Below, one piece after another: positions 25,898 through 32,000 of a DNA stretch of 32,000 nt (within the stretch, counting starts at the first letter, position 1; each line of letters starts with the position of its first letter). The DNA is from Spirulinaceae cyanobacterium SM2_1_0 (GTDB lineage Bacteria; Cyanobacteriota; Cyanobacteriia; Cyanobacteriales; Spirulinaceae). The position numbers and the translations under genes were made by a program. The DNA is taken from NCBI GenBank assembly GCA_012031265.1, contig JAAUTY010000004.1, positions 3,376 through 35,375 of the forward strand, written 5' to 3'. A model generated the notes under the pieces. That model searched no databases and was not told the origin of the DNA. It saw nothing but the letters and a program-made list of their open reading frames with translations.

Positions 25898-26698
25898 GTC
25901 GTTTTCTCCTAGTGATTGAGCGCGAGCACCGCTAAGACTTGCGGATAACTCTTGTTAGTGATTGAAGTGTTTTACGAACCCGCAGACGCACCCGACTGGA
26001 AGATTGGCTGGTTTGCTGCGTTGCTCAGTCAGCAAATCCGAACCACATTCACAATCTAAAAAGTTTTCTCGGTGATGTCACCTGTCAGATTTACTTAAAG
26101 TTCACAGACAATTCATCTCACTCATCAAAATGGCGGAGACAAGTAGCGATCGCATCCCCCGATATTTTTGAAATCACTCAATACTGCATCAGTCATGAAG
26201 TTAGCTCTGATAAACCAAGATCGCCACAGCCCTTATTTTTCAAGGGTTACGGGAATTCAACACGAAGCGCCATCTATACAATTCTGCTGACAAGATCAGT
26301 ATTGGATCGGGTAAGATCGCCAGATTTTAAATGCAATTTTTCGAGGGTTCAGCGATTGGATTTACGCACAAAGTCGGAAGCCATGTCACTAGAAAAGGTG
26401 TTGCTGTCCAATTCATCCGGACGATTCAGATTGATCCAGATCACTCAACCTACGCAGAATGGCGGCTCAATTCGGCTAGATTGCTGACAGTGAATTTACG
26501 ATTGGGTACTCCGCCATCTAGCGGGATACCGCCATAATAACTAGACCACTTTACAAACTGGTTTGCGACTCTATCAGCGCCGAAAATAGAGGCAACAGAT
26601 CCTAATCTGATTGTCAAGGCACAATCAATGTAGGTTCTCTAAGTTGAATGGCGGTTCAGGGACAGCCGCTGCAACAAGTGGGAGCCTGCTGGCGCATA

Positions 26699-26809
26699 CT
26701 AGTACCGCTACGCGGAGTTTTGAGTTCTAAATTTTGAGTTCTGAGTGCCTGCAATCCGGGAATCTTGGGGATTTTGAATGGGCATCTCATTTCCGCCGTC
26801 CTGTACTAG
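26699..26809 (-). mobile_element. MITE-like repeat, copy 3 (111 bp, intact)
   Basis: CTAGTACCGCTACGCGGAGTTTTGAGTTCTAAATTTTGAGTTCTGAGTGCCTGCAATCC...CCGCCGTCCTGTACTAG. This is the reverse complement of 1846-1956 with only a few substitutions. Confidence 0.85.
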
Positions 26810-26935
26810 TACAACCCGGCGTCAATAACGTCATCATTGTCGGTAGGAGCGAACCCGTACTAACCTGAGTTCGACAGCTAGAAAGCAGCTTGAGGCAGGG
26901 CTTTGGGCTCATAATCTGGGATGCCCAACGAGGGC

Positions 26936-27271
26936 TTATCGGGGTGGTAGGCGTAGGCGACCAGACCCGAGACCAGATTGACGAGGAATGTTGCAGGGAC
27001 TGCGATGACGCGAATGTTCGCTCTGGCAGATATTCTTGAGTTGGTCATTGACCGTCTCGATAATCGGACGCTTACGCAGCAGGATCTTGTCCAGCAGCGG
27101 CATCAGTGAGTTTTTCGTGTTCTTGCGGCGTTTGGTAATCAACTCCAGGCCGCGCTCGAAGAGCGGCTCAAAAAGTGCCTGCGAAATATACTCTCGGTCG
27201 CCGCACCCCATTGATGAATCCCAATACATCTCGAGGTTACTAGGGATATTGAGTTCCTGGTTTGATCTCAA
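26936..27271 (-). pseudogene. C-terminal remnant of a DDE transposase (IS982-family-like)
   Basis: GDREYISQALFEPLFERGLELITKRRKNTKNSLMPLLDKILLRKRPIIETVNDQLKNICQSEHSRHRS matches the GDKGYIS...IIETVNDQLKNISQIEHSRHRS tail I recall for cyanobacterial IS982-type transposases. The N-terminal two thirds are missing or scrambled; weak traces continue to about 27400. Confidence 0.65.
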
Positions 27272-27533
27272 GCAGAACCACTGTGGAAAAGACTCAATAT
27301 TCGTGAATGCATCGCGATCAATCGTTTGTAGGTCGATATGTTCTCAAAGGAATTCAGTCTCAACTTCGAACACCGAGCAGTGATCCTAGAGCAAATTATC
27401 AATTAAAGCCAGGATCCTGTCGGAGAGAGGATTTCATGCCTCTGACTTCCTCAATCTCCAATCCGCTGAAACCTAATGCTGGCGAGCGCTCTACAGGTAA
27501 TTGATGGCACGCTCTGGAGCCCCAGATGCTGGA

Positions 27534-28301
27534 TTAGGCTAGTAGCGTCGGCAGCAAAGCAGGGGTGAGTTCAGTGATGCCGCTCAAGACCTGCTCAGCC
27601 CCCGCTTGGCGAAGCTGCTCGGCATAGCGCGCCGCCCGCTGCTCATCGACTAGCACATGGGGGGGGAGGATGCCGACGCCGAGCCAAGTCCGCTGCGGTT
27701 GGGCAGCACGCGCCTTGACGATTGTTTGCATATCTGCCACAGTGTCACCGGCGTAGACTACCGGCTGCCCTGGTTTCAGTGCTTGACTCGCCTCCAACTG
27801 TTCAACCGCGAGGAAAAGACCGCTGGGCTCCGGTTTGCCGGGCGCATCTTCCATCGCGACCAGCACGGGGGCGACCAAGCCCAACCGCTTAATTAGCACA
27901 TACTCAGCGGAAGCGCGCGGTGCGCCACTGAAGAAGCCCCAAGCAATCCTGGCTTGACTCAGGGCTTGCAGATAGTCAGTGTCCAGCAAGAGGGGTTCGT
28001 GAGCAACATAGCCATCCCAGTTGCGACCGCGATACTGGGCTTGGAAAAAGTCGATGAGTTCCGTGTAGTCGAGGGCGATCGCCTCTCTCGCTCTCCCCTG
28101 CCCCTCAAAGTAACGATAAATCAACTCCCGCGAACCTTCCCAATCGTTGTTCCAGATGCCCTCGGACTTGAGTTGGTCGATGTCTGCCATGCTGGGTCGG
28201 TAGGCTCCCTGAGTGAAGGCGGCGACGGTATCGGCGATCGCGCGACGATAGGAGCCTCCGACATCCCGAACCACACCGTCGATATCAAAAATGACCAGCA
28301 T
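27534..28301 (-). CDS. HAD-superfamily hydrolase
   Basis: Motif I MLVIFDIDGVVRDV (DxDG). C-terminal VYAGDTVADM (motif IV-like). 255 aa. Confidence 0.8.
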   Translation of the reverse strand: MLVIFDIDGVVRDVGGSYRRAIADTVAAFTQGAYRPSMADIDQLKSEGIWNNDWEGSRELIYRYFEGQGRAREAIALDYTELIDFFQAQYRGRNWDGYVAHEPLLLDTDYLQALSQARIAWGFFSGAPRASAEYVLIKRLGLVAPVLVAMEDAPGKPEPSGLFLAVEQLEASQALKPGQPVVYAGDTVADMQTIVKARAAQPQRTWLGVGILPPHVLVDEQRAARYAEQLRQAGAEQVLSGITELTPALLPTLLA

Positions 28302-28351
28302 TGTTTACCCTGTACCTCGTCATATTGCGGTTAGTGACTGGGAAATTAGGC

Positions 28352-28357
28352 TATAAT
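28352..28357 (+). promoter_or_regulatory. possible -10 box TATAAT upstream of ycf65
   Basis: An exact TATAAT sits 29 nt upstream of the favoured GTG start. No convincing -35 element (TTAGTG at 15-nt spacing). Confidence 0.3.
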
Positions 28358-28385
28358 GATAAATTGTGAATTTGGTAGGAATTTG

Positions 28386-28715
28386 GTGGATAGCAACGTC
28401 TCAGAATTGTCAATCGACGAACGCTTTGTTCTCAAAATCCTTTGGCTGAATGCCAACGTTGCACTTGCTGTCGATCAGGTTGTCGGCAAGGGAACCAGCC
28501 CGCTGACTCCCTATTACTTCTGGCCGCGCCACGATGCCTGGGAACAGCTCAAGCAAGAGCTGGAGTCAAAAAGCTGGATTTCGGAACCGGAGCGCGTTGA
28601 CCTGCTCAATAAAGCGACAGAAGTGATTAACTTCTGGCAGGAGCATGGTAAAAGCACGTCGATGAGTGCGGCGCAGGCCAAGTTTCCTGAAGTTTTGTTC
28701 ACCGGCAGCAACTAG
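28386..28715 (+). CDS. ycf65: 30S ribosomal protein PSRP-3 / Ycf65
   Basis: [73 protein letters not shown] is the conserved Ycf65 core. GTG 28386 lies 5 nt after AGGA. ATG 28356 overlaps the TATAAT box. The stop TAG 28713-28715 lies in the MITE terminus. Confidence 0.85.
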   Translation: MDSNVSELSIDERFVLKILWLNANVALAVDQVVGKGTSPLTPYYFWPRHDAWEQLKQELESKSWISEPERVDLLNKATEVINFWQEHGKSTSMSAAQAKFPEVLFTGSN

Positions 28716-28808
28716 TACAAGGCGGCGGAAATGAGATCCCCATTCAGGATCCGTAGGATGCCTGTACTGTCTGTACTCATCACTCAAAACTCCGCGTAGC
28801 GGTACTAG
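28712..28808 (+). mobile_element. MITE-like repeat, copy 4 (97-bp variant)
   Basis: CTAGTACAAGGCGGCGGAAATGAGATCCCCATTCA...CACTCAAAACTCCGCGTAGCGGTACTAG. It shares both termini with copy 1 but has a different, shorter core. Confidence 0.8.
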
Positions 28809-28939
28809 CCCTGCGCCTGCCTGGCAAGCTGGATGTGACGCTGCTAGCAAGACTCGAAGCTGAGCATCGGGAGCGTTGCCTATTCCCCGATGCCCAACTT
28901 GCAGCCTGGTAAACCACTCTCCGTCCGGCTGAAAACTTG

Positions 28940-28965
28940 GATTTAGATCGCCGATTTAGATCGCC
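28940..28965. repeat. tandem duplication of the 13-mer GATTTAGATCGCC spanning the atpC stop codon
   Basis: Copies at 28940-28952 and 28953-28965, read directly. The second copy contains the last two sense codons and the TAA of atpC (minus strand GCG ATC TAA). Confidence 0.9.
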
Positions 28966-29369
28966 ACCATACCGCCAGCAGCTTGTAGGCGGGCGCGCAT
29001 CCGCTTCACGCGCTGCTCAGCCTGAATTTTTGCCGAGCGATCATCCGCTTTGACCGCGTTGAGTTCCGCCTTAGCAGCGTCAAACTCCTTTTGTGCGGTG
29101 GTGCGGTCGATCTGGTCACCGCGTTCCGCGCCATTGACCAGCACGGTCACCTGATTATCCTCGACCTCGGCGAAGCCGCCCATGAGGGCGATCGCCAGCC
29201 AATCCTTACCAGCCCGCACCCGCATCACGCCCACATCCAGCGCGGTCAGCAGCGGCGCGTGACCGGTCAAAATCCCCAATTGCCCGGTCGTACTAGGCAA
29301 AATCAATTCCTCGGCTGCATCATCCCAGACCGCTTTGTCCGGAGCGATGACGCGCACATTTAATGCCAT
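28956..29369 (-). CDS. atpC: F0F1 ATP synthase epsilon subunit
   Basis: [51 protein letters not shown]. 137 aa, immediately downstream of the beta subunit (cyanobacterial name atpE). Confidence 0.93.
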   Translation of the reverse strand: MALNVRVIAPDKAVWDDAAEELILPSTTGQLGILTGHAPLLTALDVGVMRVRAGKDWLAIALMGGFAEVEDNQVTVLVNGAERGDQIDRTTAQKEFDAAKAELNAVKADDRSAKIQAEQRVKRMRARLQAAGGMVAI

Positions 29370-29448
29370 GAGCTTGTTTCCTAATGTTCAACTGCCAGCG
29401 ATCGCGCCGACGATGGCTCAGAACCGGCCATCGCGGCGCTGGTGATTC

Positions 29449-31089
<1,641 letters not shown>

Positions 31090-31282
31090 CTAGTAAGGGC
31101 GCGATCGCCTCAGTCACGGTTGTCACGATTGCCGAATCTTGGCGGCGGCGGCGATCGCTGGTTACGATAGTGAGTCGGTCATTGATAATAGCCAAAAAGC
31201 ACGGGTTGCTGAGCGGGTGATCGCGCCAGCCTAGAATGCTCGGTCAACCCGCAACGAGAATTTGTTTTAACAGGAGAGCACT

Positions 31283-32000
31283 GTGGTAGCGACTGCATTT
31301 AAAACCAACAAATCTGAAGCCATCTTTGGGGCCGCACAGAAACTGATGCCCGGCGGCGTCAGCTCGCCCGTGCGCGCCTTCAAATCCGTGGGCGGTCAGC
31401 CGATCGTCTTTGATCGCGTGCAGGGCGCGCGCATCTGGGATGTCGATGGCAATGAATACATCGATTATGTCGGCACTTGGGGTCCCGCCATCTGCGGCCA
31501 CGCCCACCCCGACGTGATTGGCGCACTGCACCAGGCCCTCGACCGAGGCACCAGCTTTGGCGCACCCTGCGAGCTAGAAAATGTCCTCGCCGCGATGGTG
31601 ATCGACGCGGTTCCCAGTATCGAGATGGTGCGCTTCGTCAACTCCGGGACAGAAGCCTGTATGTCAGTGCTGCGCTTGATGCGCGCCTTCACCCAGCGCG
31701 AAAAAATCGTCAAGTTCGAGGGCTGCTACCACGGCCACGCCGATATGTTCTTGGTTAAGGCTGGTTCTGGGGTGGCGACCCTCGGTCTACCTGACTCTCC
31801 CGGTGTCCCCAAGGCAACCACCGTCCAAACGCTGACCGCGCCCTACAACGACCTCGAAGCCGTTAAAGCCCTGTTCGCCCAGCATCGCGGCGAAATTGCT
31901 GGAGTCATCCTCGAACCGGTCGTCGGCAATTCTGGCTTCATTGCCCCTGATGCCGGTTTTCTGGAAGGGCTGCGCCTGCTGACCCAGGAGGACGGCGCGC
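31283..32000 (+). CDS. hemL: glutamate-1-semialdehyde 2,1-aminomutase, N-terminal 239 codons; 3' end lies outside the window
   Basis: Not in the ORF track because no stop lies inside the window. GTG 31283 follows AGGAGAG. Translation is [75 protein letters not shown]...[13 protein letters not shown]...[10 protein letters not shown]. Confidence 0.92.
   Translation, partial: MVATAFKTNKSEAIFGAAQKLMPGGVSSPVRAFKSVGGQPIVFDRVQGARIWDVDGNEYIDYVGTWGPAICGHAHPDVIGALHQALDRGTSFGAPCELENVLAAMVIDAVPSIEMVRFVNSGTEACMSVLRLMRAFTQREKIVKFEGCYHGHADMFLVKAGSGVATLGLPDSPGVPKATTVQTLTAPYNDLEAVKALFAQHRGEIAGVILEPVVGNSGFIAPDAGFLEGLRLLTQEDGA

Noticed and set aside
26302-26537. Small plus-strand ORFs 26302-26487 and 26331-26537 in the AT-rich patch
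   Set aside because: They overlap each other in different frames and show no RBS or start context and no motifs. The region looks like gene debris.

Overview
GC-rich (about 60% by eye) chromosomal segment from a cyanobacterium. The assignment rests on roughly 70 copies of the HIP1 octamer GCGATCGC and on gene content: ycf65/PSRP-3, the pipY(yggS)-sepF-proC cluster, an ATP synthase beta/epsilon pair, hemL, a BciB-like FrhB-family reductase and a PEP-CTERM protein. I support about 30 protein-coding genes, mostly housekeeping. They include an M61 peptidase fragment, tadA, an RNase II/R-family protein, a GNAT, bioD, a DNA m5C methyltransferase, nadC, purQ, xseA, map, holB, a metallophosphoesterase and a HAD hydrolase. 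I found no rRNA, tRNA or CRISPR array. The non-housekeeping content is: (1) four copies of a 97-111 bp MITE-like element flanked by CTAG; (2) a decayed IS982-like transposase fragment; (3) two AT-richer, HIP1-poor patches at about 7.8-8.7 kb and 25.9-27.5 kb; (4) an orphan cytosine-5 methyltransferase. Several proteins look like degenerate or atypical family members: an RNase II/R homologue lacking the catalytic Asp cluster, a receiver-PAS-GGDEF protein lacking the phospho-acceptor Asp, a GNAT with an in-frame TGA and a MITE-derived tail, and a large polytopic membrane protein with two pentapeptide-repeat blocks. I do not see a compact multi-gene candidate for a new system such as a defence island. 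All family calls come from motifs read by eye; no database search was possible.
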